Positions 20,310-28,857 of a DNA stretch of 64,000 bases are shown piece by piece. The stretch is from an uncultured Granulosicoccaceae bacterium (GTDB taxonomy: Bacteria > Pseudomonadota > Gammaproteobacteria > Granulosicoccales > Granulosicoccaceae). The position numbers and the translations under genes are program-made. The first letter of the stretch is position 1, and each line of letters opens with the position of its first letter. The notes below the pieces were generated by a model, which saw nothing but the letters and a program-made list of their open reading frames with translations, did not search any database and was not told where the DNA came from. The stretch lies in assembly GCA_938020525.1 (NCBI GenBank), contig CALIHW010000053.1, forward strand, positions 8,705 to 72,704, given 5' to 3'.

Positions 20310-21308
20310 CTAGCCGAATCCTCGTTCGCACACAGCCTGCTTTTGCCACTCTATGGTGCGACGAATACCTTCATCAAGAAGAACTTTGGCGCTGACACCT
20401 AGTATCTTTTTACTAAAAGTAGTGTCTGGTACTCGTCGCATGACATCTTCGTATTTATTTTTACTAAATGATGCATACGGAACCAGTTCGTACTTGAGCT
20501 CACCCGGCGTACCACTCACCTGCTTGATCCGCCTGGCAAGCTCAAGGATAGTGACTTCTTCCTCACTGCCAATATTTAGAATTTCACCATTTGCCTCATT
20601 ACGGAAAATCGCTTCGACAATTCCGTCTACCGTATCAGACACAAAAGTGAAACTGCGTGTCTGCATACCATCACCGTGAATCGGAATGGTCTTGTCGTTA
20701 AGTACTGCATCAATAAATACCGGCGGAGGCCCACCCCACCAGGAAAGCGGCTGATGCGGGCCGTATGATCCAAAGAAGCGCAACAAAGTCACAGGAAATC
20801 CATAGGACTCCTGATAAGCCAACGCTAAATGCTCGTCAAACAATTTTGATACCGCATAACTCCAGCGCGGCACTTTTGAGCCACCAATAACGCTATCACT
20901 ATGCTCCTCTGAGAAAGGTACAGCGGGGTTCTTACCGTATACATCGGAGGTTGAAGCAAGCACACACTTGATATTGCGATCCTTGCTGAAATCGAGGATA
21001 TTCTCGGTACCATGCAAATTTATTTTTAAAGTATCAATCGCCTTGCCGTAACGCGGGATTTTGAATGCCGCAAGATGCACACATACTTCGACATCTTCTG
21101 AAAGACTCCTGAACATTTCAGCATCTGTCACATCACATTCGACAAATGTAAAAGCGGGGTTAGGCATAGCCATAGCAAGGTTAGACATATGCCCCATGGA
21201 CAGGTTATCAACACCGACGACATGATGACCCGCTTCCAGCAGTCGCACCGCAAGATTGGAACCCAGAAAACCGGCAACACCGGTAATTAGAATTGTTTTA
21301 TTTTCCAC
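20310..21308 (-). CDS. Extended-SDR NAD-dependent epimerase/dehydratase (UDP-sugar decarboxylase/4-epimerase-like)
   Basis: The motif ILITGVAGFLGSNL (GxxGxxG) and the catalytic YAVSK are present. The overall pattern resembles UXS and the ArnA C-terminal domain. Confidence 0.75.
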   Translation of the reverse strand: MENKTILITGVAGFLGSNLAVRLLEAGHHVVGVDNLSMGHMSNLAMAMPNPAFTFVECDVTDAEMFRSLSEDVEVCVHLAAFKIPRYGKAIDTLKINLHGTENILDFSKDRNIKCVLASTSDVYGKNPAVPFSEEHSDSVIGGSKVPRWSYAVSKLFDEHLALAYQESYGFPVTLLRFFGSYGPHQPLSWWGGPPPVFIDAVLNDKTIPIHGDGMQTRSFTFVSDTVDGIVEAIFRNEANGEILNIGSEEEVTILELARRIKQVSGTPGELKYELVPYASFSKNKYEDVMRRVPDTTFSKKILGVSAKVLLDEGIRRTIEWQKQAVCERGFG

Positions 21309-22395
21309 TGGTAGTGTCTTCCGATTTTTCGCTAAAGCGCAAATCTATGCGTTCTTTAAGCGCATGAAAGTTATTCGAATTCAGATGATATAGATCTTCG
21401 AAGTTTCGTTTATTCTGTAAAGATAGAACGCCAAGACTAAGAAGCTGCACGGATATAATGATCGATGAAACCCCCATCAGGTACGTGTGAGGGTTTTTCA
21501 TAAAGGCTGTGGCAAATGCTGCCTCCCTGCTAGCACTTGCATCAAGCTCACGGGCTGCCCACAGTTCCAGGAAATAGTGGCCAAACATCCAGAAAGTCAC
21601 ATAGGCAGCAAACAATCCAATCACAATACCCGGCAGGATAAAAAAGTGCATAGGCCGGAAAACGAAGCCCGACATAAAAGTCGAAGCTATATGCCTGAAT
21701 ATGCGCATGCTCGATGTGCGATTCTCACCATACTCAAGCTGCGGCCCCCAATCGAGCCTGCCAGGGATTTCTGAAATACCTGCACGCAATATCATTGCCT
21801 TGTACAGAATCTCCGGCATCAGATCGAGACCCATTGACCTCAAATCAAGTGCGCGTATGAATGGTCCATCGTAAACCCGCACCATACTTGTGATGGTAGA
21901 GCAGTCCGCCTGACTGAAAAAAGTCAAAAACTTATTGCCGAGTATGCTTAAAGCCTTACGAAGAAAGGGCACGCTTTCGATTGTGCCGCCATTCATATAA
22001 GGCGACGCAAGCACAATCTTCAAGCCACCGACTCGGATATGCTCGACCAGCTCTTCAATATGGTTTACGTCGTAACTGAGATCTACATCCATTGTTACTA
22101 CATAATCACCCGTTGTATTCGCAAATCCAAATCGCAACGCCTGACCGACACCAAAATTTGCAGGATGATGAAGTGCGGTGACTTTTTCATACTCGGCTGC
22201 CAGAGCATCGGCAATCTCACCAGACTCATCCGGGCTACCATCGTTGACGATGATAAGCTCCCAACGATAAATATCCTCAAGTTGTGTTAGATGGTTACAT
22301 ATTTCAATAATATGTTTGCGCAGAAGAGCAGCCTCGTTATAAACAGGCAGCACAACAGAAACCAAAGGCAATGAAGTTGAATTCATAGGGTCCAT
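21298..22395 (-). CDS. GT2 polyprenyl-phosphate glycosyltransferase (ArnC/GtrB/DPM1-like) with C-terminal TM helices
   Basis: VSVVLPVYNEA, IIVNDGSPDESG and a DVD (DxD) motif are present, with two or more C-terminal TM helices. It is the first gene of the nine-gene minus-strand operon. Confidence 0.8.
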   Translation of the reverse strand: MDPMNSTSLPLVSVVLPVYNEAALLRKHIIEICNHLTQLEDIYRWELIIVNDGSPDESGEIADALAAEYEKVTALHHPANFGVGQALRFGFANTTGDYVVTMDVDLSYDVNHIEELVEHIRVGGLKIVLASPYMNGGTIESVPFLRKALSILGNKFLTFFSQADCSTITSMVRVYDGPFIRALDLRSMGLDLMPEILYKAMILRAGISEIPGRLDWGPQLEYGENRTSSMRIFRHIASTFMSGFVFRPMHFFILPGIVIGLFAAYVTFWMFGHYFLELWAARELDASASREAAFATAFMKNPHTYLMGVSSIIISVQLLSLGVLSLQNKRNFEDLYHLNSNNFHALKERIDLRFSEKSEDTTSGK

Positions 22396-22889
22396 TAGAT
22401 TACTTCGGCAATTCGAAATACGTTATGTCGAGAAAACTCAAACTCGGACAGACTAAATATACTTCCAATGATTTTGGTCCATCATGACCGGCCTACTTTA
22501 CTATAGAGCCTCCAATCATTTCAGGAGTCGGTAACAAATTGACAGACAAATGTTTCAAATAGATATAGTGAGATTTGAAGTACCTCACATTTCACTCTGA
22601 AATGAGAAGTAGATCGATCCATAACTCTGCTGGCCATACTCAGCTGGCCATGACCAGCAGGCTGTGCGGGAAGTTCGGTAACAAACTTTCACAGGCACAG
22701 TCGTCAGAGCAAGGCGAAAAAATGCAGGTATAGCAGGACCTGCGTCGAAGCAAATTGTATCAATAATAGTCAACGCAGCATGACGGTTATGACTTTGGTC
22801 CGGGTTACCGAACTTTCCTAACAGCCCACTCAGCCTTCAGGTAATATACTGATAGCCAACAAATCGGCAAGAACAGACCTTAAAATAGA

Positions 22890-24275
22890 TCAGCGAGTAA
22901 CGGAATCTCGCAACACACTCGACAACGGTACATGACGCCCCATATTGGCTGCTGCAAACGACTTTTTAAATGGCTCAAAGATATCCAGCAATACAAAGCC
23001 ACAGCCAGTCAACACAGAAGCAGGCAGCCCTAAAGGCCAGGGCTTGTCGCCAAACAATCGTGCGAGCAAATCAGTTTGACTTGTGACCCACCATTGATCG
23101 CGCTTGCGTTGCTTCTCAAAGCCAGCCAGTGCCGCATCTATATTTTCATGGTCAATCACACAAGAGACCAATTCAAATACATCACGCAAAGCGAGGTTCA
23201 TCCCCTGACCTGCTACTGGATGTAATGTGCGAGCAGCGTTACCAATCAACACGAACCGGCCTTTCACCTGCTGCATGCTAACCGTCAGCGCCAAATCAGC
23301 GACGTAACGTTTACTAATATTTTCAAAACGACCCAGCCGACCACCGAATTTCCTTTGCACCATAGCAAGAAAATCCTGATCAGGCATCTCTGTTAACTGT
23401 GCTGCCTGAGCAGACGGTGCTGTATAGATCATAGAGTATAGCTGTGCCTGGCTCGATTGATCCGTTCTCGATTGATCCAGGTCAGACAGAATCTGGTCCG
23501 CAACCTGGCCCGTAACCCGGCTCGGCTCACTGACACTTGCAAGCGGCAACAGCGCAAGTGGCCCATCGCGGGTAAATCGTTCGAAAGCGCTGTTTGCAAG
23601 GCTTTTTGAAGTTCGAACATTGGCTAGCACCGCACATTGCTCATAGTCACGATGCTTTGATTCAATACCAAGCATTTGACGCACTGTTGAATGAGTACCG
23701 TCAGCTGCGACAACCAGACTTACCGAGAGCGTGCTACAGATACCTGCCTGTTCGATCACAACGTGGGCTGTTTGATTATCGTTTTCTACCGACACAACTG
23801 ATGCTGACTCGATAACGTGAATATTGGCTTCACTTTTTAGGCATCTGTGCAGATAACTTTCAAAACCGGCATTTGATATCACGAAGCCAAGTGCTTCGAC
23901 ATCAAGCTTTCGTGCATCAAGCTTTACGGATCCGAAATTTCCCTGCTCTGTCACGTGTACGGTTTGAATAGCACAACAATCAATAGTCGGCCATAACCCG
24001 GCTTCAGACAAAAGCTGCCATGAACGATGCGACAACGCTACTGTCCGGCTGCTTATCGTCTGTGTCTCCTGGTTGCCGGATTCAGTTTCATGACGCAGTG
24101 TGTTTTTCTCTACCACAATGACACTGTATCCGGCTTTTGCGAACAACAATGCCTGCGCAGCACCGACCAGACCTGCACCAACCACGATTATCGATTTATC
24201 AGTAACTGACAAACCATCAGATGTATCGGCGGCATCTCTATGCCGTACACCATCCATAGGAAATGATCCGTTCAT
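22890..24275 (-). CDS. ubiH: FAD-dependent ubiquinone-biosynthesis hydroxylase (UbiH/UbiF/UbiI family)
   Basis: The FAD fold IIVVGAGLVGAAQAL and the motif GNAARTLHPVAGQGMNLALRD are present. It lies directly downstream of pepP as in E. coli and Pseudomonas. It carries a low-complexity insertion (...SDLDQSRTDQSSQAQ...). Confidence 0.7.
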   Translation of the reverse strand: MNGSFPMDGVRHRDAADTSDGLSVTDKSIIVVGAGLVGAAQALLFAKAGYSVIVVEKNTLRHETESGNQETQTISSRTVALSHRSWQLLSEAGLWPTIDCCAIQTVHVTEQGNFGSVKLDARKLDVEALGFVISNAGFESYLHRCLKSEANIHVIESASVVSVENDNQTAHVVIEQAGICSTLSVSLVVAADGTHSTVRQMLGIESKHRDYEQCAVLANVRTSKSLANSAFERFTRDGPLALLPLASVSEPSRVTGQVADQILSDLDQSRTDQSSQAQLYSMIYTAPSAQAAQLTEMPDQDFLAMVQRKFGGRLGRFENISKRYVADLALTVSMQQVKGRFVLIGNAARTLHPVAGQGMNLALRDVFELVSCVIDHENIDAALAGFEKQRKRDQWWVTSQTDLLARLFGDKPWPLGLPASVLTGCGFVLLDIFEPFKKSFAAANMGRHVPLSSVLRDSVTR

Positions 24276-24277
24276 AC

Positions 24278-25600
24278 CTACTGATAGACCTGCATCAGTG
24301 TTTCTATCTCGTCAATCTCTTTAACAATAGAGTCGGTCAGTACTTCCGGACCATCTTTAGTAACTACGACATCGTCTTCAATACGTATTCCAATATCCCG
24401 GTACGGCTTAGGTATAGCTTTGGCCGATGCCAGATAAATTCCAGGCTCTATGGTCAGCACCATTCCAGGTTCCAGCAAGCGCCATTTATCATCAATTTTA
24501 TAATCACCTACGTCATGCACGTCTATACCAAGCCAATGCCCGGTTCTGTGCATATAGTAGGGTCGATAAGCTGCCTCTTTAACGAGTTTCTTGTATTCAC
24601 CCTTGAGGATACCCAGATTAATAAGGCCACGAGTGATTACACGTACAGCTGCATCATGTGGATCATTCCAGTGATTGCCAACCACGACTTTGGCGATCGC
24701 TGCCTTGTTTGCAGCGAGTACAATTTCGTAAACCTCGCGCTGTGGATCACTAAAAATACCATTAACCGGGTAGGTGCGGGTTATATCTCCGGCATAACAC
24801 TGATACTCGGCGCCGGAGTCAACCAGTACCATCTCACCGTCTTTGAGTTCATCACTGTTTTCCGTGTAGTGCAGAATGCACCCATTCGCACCACCACCGA
24901 CGATTGGCAAAAAGGAATGATCAGCACCTTCACGCTTATAAGTTGAAATAAGTTCTGCTTCCAGCTCGTATTCCATTTTGCCGGGCGCGCACGCAGACAT
25001 TGCTGCAGTATGACCGGCCGCACTAATCTTTGCTGCTTTACGCAAGGCGGTCAGCTCAGAACGGCTTTTAATCAAACGCATGTCATGCAGATGAAAGTCG
25101 AGCGAGATAAACTCACTAGGCACACTGGCCCCGGAACCCGACTTGGCTTTGAGTTGATTGATCCAGCCTATAATCCGGTTATCAAACAACGTTTCCCGAC
25201 CCATCGAATAGTAAACACGCTCGCGCCCTTCTAACAGACCAGGCAGGATGTCATCGATATCATCGATAGGAAACGCATCATCTGCATCAAGCGCCACCGG
25301 TGCTGCATCTACTCCGAGCCTGCGACCGTTCCAGGTTTCCATCTTCTTATCGCTCTCACGGCAGAAGATAATGTATTCACCTGCACGTCTGCCGGAAATT
25401 AGAACTGCGACTGATTCCGGCTCTGAAAATCCTGTCAGATAATAAAAATCACTGTCCTGTCGGTACTTGTAGTCTGTGTCTTTGCTACGCAGTTTGACCG
25501 GCGCTGACGGAATGATCGCAATGGATTCTTTACCAATCGCGTTCATCAGACTCTTACGTCGCCGCGCGCGTTCCTTTCGGTGGGTGATTGTATCCGGCAT
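24278..25600 (-). CDS. pepP: Xaa-Pro aminopeptidase
   Basis: HRTGHWLGIDVHD, DSGAEYQCYAGDITRT and IRIEDDV are present, and the ygfB-pepP-ubiH synteny is kept. Confidence 0.9.
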   Translation of the reverse strand: MPDTITHRKERARRRKSLMNAIGKESIAIIPSAPVKLRSKDTDYKYRQDSDFYYLTGFSEPESVAVLISGRRAGEYIIFCRESDKKMETWNGRRLGVDAAPVALDADDAFPIDDIDDILPGLLEGRERVYYSMGRETLFDNRIIGWINQLKAKSGSGASVPSEFISLDFHLHDMRLIKSRSELTALRKAAKISAAGHTAAMSACAPGKMEYELEAELISTYKREGADHSFLPIVGGGANGCILHYTENSDELKDGEMVLVDSGAEYQCYAGDITRTYPVNGIFSDPQREVYEIVLAANKAAIAKVVVGNHWNDPHDAAVRVITRGLINLGILKGEYKKLVKEAAYRPYYMHRTGHWLGIDVHDVGDYKIDDKWRLLEPGMVLTIEPGIYLASAKAIPKPYRDIGIRIEDDVVVTKDGPEVLTDSIVKEIDEIETLMQVYQ

Positions 25601-25670
25601 CGGTGCTGGTTCTATTGTTAGGTGACTGGGTTAGTTGAGTTGGTAAATTGTGTGGGTTAGTTGAGCGTGA

Positions 25671-26228
25671 CTAGTGAATTGTAGGTTTCTGACTAACAGG
25701 TTGTAGCTCTTCATTTAACAACAATACACCCATGCGAACGTACTCTTCGATTTCAGTAAACGATTTCTCTGATTGATCAGGGTTGCTGTCAACTTCGGTA
25801 AAGCTCGCATCAGATATGTACTGCACATCTTCTACAAATTCGCGCACATCGTCGCTAACCAGCATCTTGTCGTTTAAGCCACCCATGATCAAACCGAGAC
25901 TGAAACCACTACACCAGTCGGCAAGGCCGCTTATTCTGACATCCATGGACTCCGCCTGATCAGGCAACAACATCGTGAACCCAAGCGTCTCGTGATTGAT
26001 TTCAGTCAGGGTGCATTGATGCACCTCGTGCAGAAGTTTCAGAGCGTCAGCGGTAATATCACGATCGGTGGTGCGCGCCTCAAACAGATGCCGCACCCAC
26101 CGCTGCATATCAGAAGAACCAGACGAACACAGGATTCCGCATAACACGCCGTGACATTCGGCCGCGCAGACCACAGAACCGCCAGCAAACAGCGCTTCAT
26201 CCACCTGAGTATAAGCAGGCATATCCAT
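25671..26228 (-). CDS. ygfB: UPF0149 family protein (YgfB-like)
   Basis: The size (185 aa), acidic composition and position upstream of pepP and divergent from zapA fit YgfB. Confidence 0.6.
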   Translation of the reverse strand: MDMPAYTQVDEALFAGGSVVCAAECHGVLCGILCSSGSSDMQRWVRHLFEARTTDRDITADALKLLHEVHQCTLTEINHETLGFTMLLPDQAESMDVRISGLADWCSGFSLGLIMGGLNDKMLVSDDVREFVEDVQYISDASFTEVDSNPDQSEKSFTEIEEYVRMGVLLLNEELQPVSQKPTIH

Positions 26229-26428
26229 TAGTTATCTCCGCCCGTTCGCGACAGTCTGGTTGCTATTCTCATAATTTCCGGTGGCTTACCGCCAAACGCC
26301 TAACATTAGGTTAACTTTTGTTCATGTATTGAGGCCAGCGCTGCTTTAACATGGACCTCAGGTGCAGACATCACCGCCCACAGATTCGTTTATCATGGCC
26401 GACAGATTGCCAAAATACTATTTTGCCA

Positions 26429-26662
26429 ATGGATAACAACAACAAAAAACTCGAGCAATACGCGGCAGAGCTGGCAGGCCTTGAAGCAAAACTCTCTGAG
26501 CTAATCGATATGACCGATCATCTCAAAGTAGAAAATGCGTCTTTGAAAGCACAGCAACGCAATCTTGTAGCGGAGAAATCCCGCCTGATCGAGAAAAACG
26601 AGCTAGCCCGCACCAAAGTAGAGGCTATTATAACCCGCTTGAAATCGTTGGAATCTGCTTAA
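26429..26662 (+). CDS. Small coiled-coil protein (TIGR02449-like) preceding zapA
   Basis: The sequence MDNNNKKLEQYAAELAGLEAKLSELIDMTDHLKVENASLKAQQRNLVAEKSRLIEKNE... has a heptad pattern. Its stop overlaps the zapA start (TAATG). The listed ORF start at 26351 is probably too far upstream. Confidence 0.55.
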   Translation: MDNNNKKLEQYAAELAGLEAKLSELIDMTDHLKVENASLKAQQRNLVAEKSRLIEKNELARTKVEAIITRLKSLESA

Positions 26663-26994
26663 TGACTACATCCAAGGCTGCACCCAGCACCGTATCGGTC
26701 AAAGTTTTCATACTGAAAAAGGAATACCAGATTCAGTGCGCACCAACAGAGAAACACCAGCTAATTCAAGCGGCGGTGGATGTAGAAACAAGAATGCTTG
26801 CCGCCAAAAGCGGCACCAACATCTCATCTGAAAAGGCAGCAGTGCTCTCGGCCCTGAACCTTGCTAACGAGCTGAAAGGCGCGAATAACACCACCGATAT
26901 TCTGGAAAATGTCTCGGACAGCATCATCGACATGAAATCACGTATCGAGAAAGTGCTGAACGACAAACCCGTCGACACCGGGGTTCTTGGCTAG
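26662..26994 (+). CDS. zapA: Cell division protein ZapA
   Basis: It is about 110 aa. The pattern VSVKVFILKKEYQIQC...AAVDVETRM is ZapA-like. It lies immediately upstream of the 6S RNA gene, as in many gammaproteobacteria. Confidence 0.7.
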   Translation: MTTSKAAPSTVSVKVFILKKEYQIQCAPTEKHQLIQAAVDVETRMLAAKSGTNISSEKAAVLSALNLANELKGANNTTDILENVSDSIIDMKSRIEKVLNDKPVDTGVLG

Positions 26995-27200
26995 CAAAGA
27001 CCAATAAAAAAGACCGAATAAAAAAGCCTTGAATAGCAAAGTACGGGTGTAGCTGCTATAAGATTTGAATGAAGCTTCAGATTTTTCAGGTACAATTTGG
27101 GTCATTGGAGCTATCGTTTTCGGCGCGTGCGGCCGATACAATGGTCGTGCAGCCCAGAAGTGCGGTGTTAGAGGCGCACTTGGCAAAAGATTTTAAGTTT

Positions 27201-27392
27201 GGATGTCCTCTGCGGTGTTCGTTAGCAGGCCCGTTATTCCCTTGAGCCTAATTCGATACCCCGGGATCGGTTGTACGTTGATGTTGTGCATGTCCGCCAC
27301 GGCGGGAAGCCTGATTTAGCGTTGATTGTTCCCACCTGAACCGTCTGGTTCAAGGTCCACGGCCTGCGACGGCACATGTGGAGGACATCCAC
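27201..27392 (+). ncRNA. ssrS: 6S RNA
   Basis: The 5-prime end GGATGTCCTCTGCGGTGTTCGTTAGCAGGCCCGTTATTCCCTTGAGCC and the 3-prime end CCTGAACCGTCTGGTTCAAGGTCCACGGCCTGCGACGGCACATGTGGAGGACATCC align with E. coli 6S (..GAGATGTTCGCAAGCGGGCCAGTCCCCTGAGCC.. / ..CCTTGAACCAAGGGTTCAAGG..CAGCCTGCGGCGGCATCTCGGAGA). The two ends pair with each other to close the helix. The gene lies downstream of zapA. The end coordinates are accurate to about 5 nt. Confidence 0.85.
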
Positions 27393-27420
27393 CTATTCTC
27401 AATGCAGCAAGAAGACAGAT

Positions 27421-27438
27421 ACTCTCCCTCGGGAGAGT
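27421..27438. repeat. REP-like hairpin ACTCTCCC-TC-GGGAGAGT, the same family as at 6512..6530
   Basis: The 8-bp arms are identical to those of the 6512 copy. The hairpin lies 30 nt downstream of ssrS. Confidence 0.6.
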
Positions 27439-27530
27439 CGCGGCGCGGTAGTGGCGAGAAAGAACTGAACACGTCAGCCGAATCAACCGGCCGCGAAGTG
27501 CGAGCCGGTACTAGCCTAACTTCCACCTGA

Positions 27531-27609
27531 CCTGCTTTTGCTAACCTGCTTTTACTAACCTGCTATTACTGGGCTTACTTAATGGCCTAGCTACTGACCC
27601 AGCTACTAA
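27531..27609. repeat. Degenerate tandem repeat of 12-14 bp, about 6 copies
   Basis: CCTGCTTTTGCTAA / CCTGCTTTTACTAA / CCTGCTATTACTGG / GCTTACTTAATGG / CCTAGCTACTGA / CCCAGCTACTAA. The array lies just 3-prime of the DUF2852 gene stop. Confidence 0.6.
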
Positions 27610-28016
27610 CTTGGCGAGCTTGCCATAAAACGGTTGAACTCTTCCTCGTCTTTACGACGCTGGGCATCGTCACGAAACTGCGTGAATCTTCGGGCTCGAG
27701 AATCGATCTCGTCTTTGATTTCTTTAATCCGGTCGTATTGTGTCTGCTGATACTCATTGAACACCACATTATCCGACCGATTGTAGCTGCCGCCGCGAAA
27801 CATGCGCCACTGATCGCGCATTGCTGCTGGCAGATCCCGCGCGTCCCGTCCTTTCAAGATCCAGTACAGCACAACCAGTCCCACCGGCCAGAAAAAGACG
27901 AACCCGACAACCATCGCGGCAATGTTAAATCCGGTCCAGCGACCACGTCGCTCGGTGGTGTAGTGCTCGGCGAAGGCGTCCTTATGGCCGACAGTCGAAT
28001 ACTTTGAATTAGTCAT
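27606..28016 (-). CDS. DUF2852-like small membrane protein
   Basis: It has one TM helix (FNIAAMVVGFVFFWPVGLVVLYWIL). The C-terminal charged helix with NEYQQTQYDRIKE...KDEEEFNRFM matches my memory of DUF2852. The ATG at 28016 is preceded by AGGAG. Confidence 0.5.
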   Translation of the reverse strand: MTNSKYSTVGHKDAFAEHYTTERRGRWTGFNIAAMVVGFVFFWPVGLVVLYWILKGRDARDLPAAMRDQWRMFRGGSYNRSDNVVFNEYQQTQYDRIKEIKDEIDSRARRFTQFRDDAQRRKDEEEFNRFMASSPS

Positions 28017-28058
28017 TTTGGCTCCTGTTTTAAGTATATGAACTCCAGAAATCACCCT

Positions 28059-28133
28059 ATGTGATCACTGTTCACATTTAATATATATTGCTGCGACTCA
28101 TTTTGCAAGAAGAATGTGAACAATGTGCACATT
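28059..28133. promoter_or_regulatory. Two palindromic operator candidates sharing the half-site ATGTGAACA, in the TetR/DUF2852 divergent intergenic region
   Basis: ATGTGATCACTGTTCACAT lies at 28059..28077 (16/19 self-complementary). AATGTGAACAATGTGCACATT lies at 28113..28133 (18/21 self-complementary). Confidence 0.45.
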
Positions 28134-28220
28134 GCCATCGTTTGGGGCATAATTAACCCCAAGCCCCCGTCAAATCGGAGTCGATAGCCAGCCTGGATTA
28201 GTGCAGAACCCGACAATGAA

Positions 28221-28835
28221 ATGTTGAAGAAAAAGAAAAGCAGCTACCACCACGGCAACCTGGCCGAATCATTGCTGAGCGCAGTCGATGAAATCGCGAC
28301 CCAGTTCGGCCTTGAGGCCGTGACACTGCGTGCCTGTGCGAAACTGGTTGGGGTCTCACCTTCTTCAGCGTTTAGACATTACGCTGACAAGCGCGCTCTG
28401 TTTACTGCATTTGCAACCCGGGCACTGAAAGAGTTATCCAATGCGATGTCAGTTGCAAAAAAAGAAGCGTTACAAAAAAACGAAAACGGGTTTAAAGCGG
28501 TAGGACTCGCGTACATTGAGTTTGCTATTGATAAGCCTGCATTTTTCAGAGCCATGTGGCGAGAGGAATCAATCTACTCGAACGATGAGGCTTATAAAAC
28601 GGCCGCCAATGCATTAAGTCAACATCTAACCGCGGGCTTTGCAGACACTATTGATGATCAGGATCCGAACCGCTTCAGCCCGCAGGAACTACTGGCTTGG
28701 TCAGCAGTACATGGTCTTGCTAACCTGTTAGTCCACGGGCCGGTTTGCAATGACGACTCTAAAGAAACAATGATGCAGAAAGCAGACGAGATGCTTCTAT
28801 CGCTTGCACCTGCTTTTGCTGACTCACCCAGGTAG
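28221..28835 (+). CDS. TetR/AcrR family transcriptional regulator
   Basis: The N-terminal HTH is HHGNLAESLL...LEAVTLRACAKLVGVSPSSAFRHYADKRALF. Confidence 0.85.
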   Translation: MLKKKKSSYHHGNLAESLLSAVDEIATQFGLEAVTLRACAKLVGVSPSSAFRHYADKRALFTAFATRALKELSNAMSVAKKEALQKNENGFKAVGLAYIEFAIDKPAFFRAMWREESIYSNDEAYKTAANALSQHLTAGFADTIDDQDPNRFSPQELLAWSAVHGLANLLVHGPVCNDDSKETMMQKADEMLLSLAPAFADSPR

Positions 28836-28857
28836 GATTCAAACGCCAGCCGAGAAA

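Noticed and set aside
27000-27200. I looked for sigma70 promoter hexamers for ssrS (TTGAAT...TATAAG and TTGAAT...TACAAT).
   Set aside because: The spacers are 20-22 nt, which is too long. 6S RNA is often processed from longer precursors, so I could not place a promoter with confidence.
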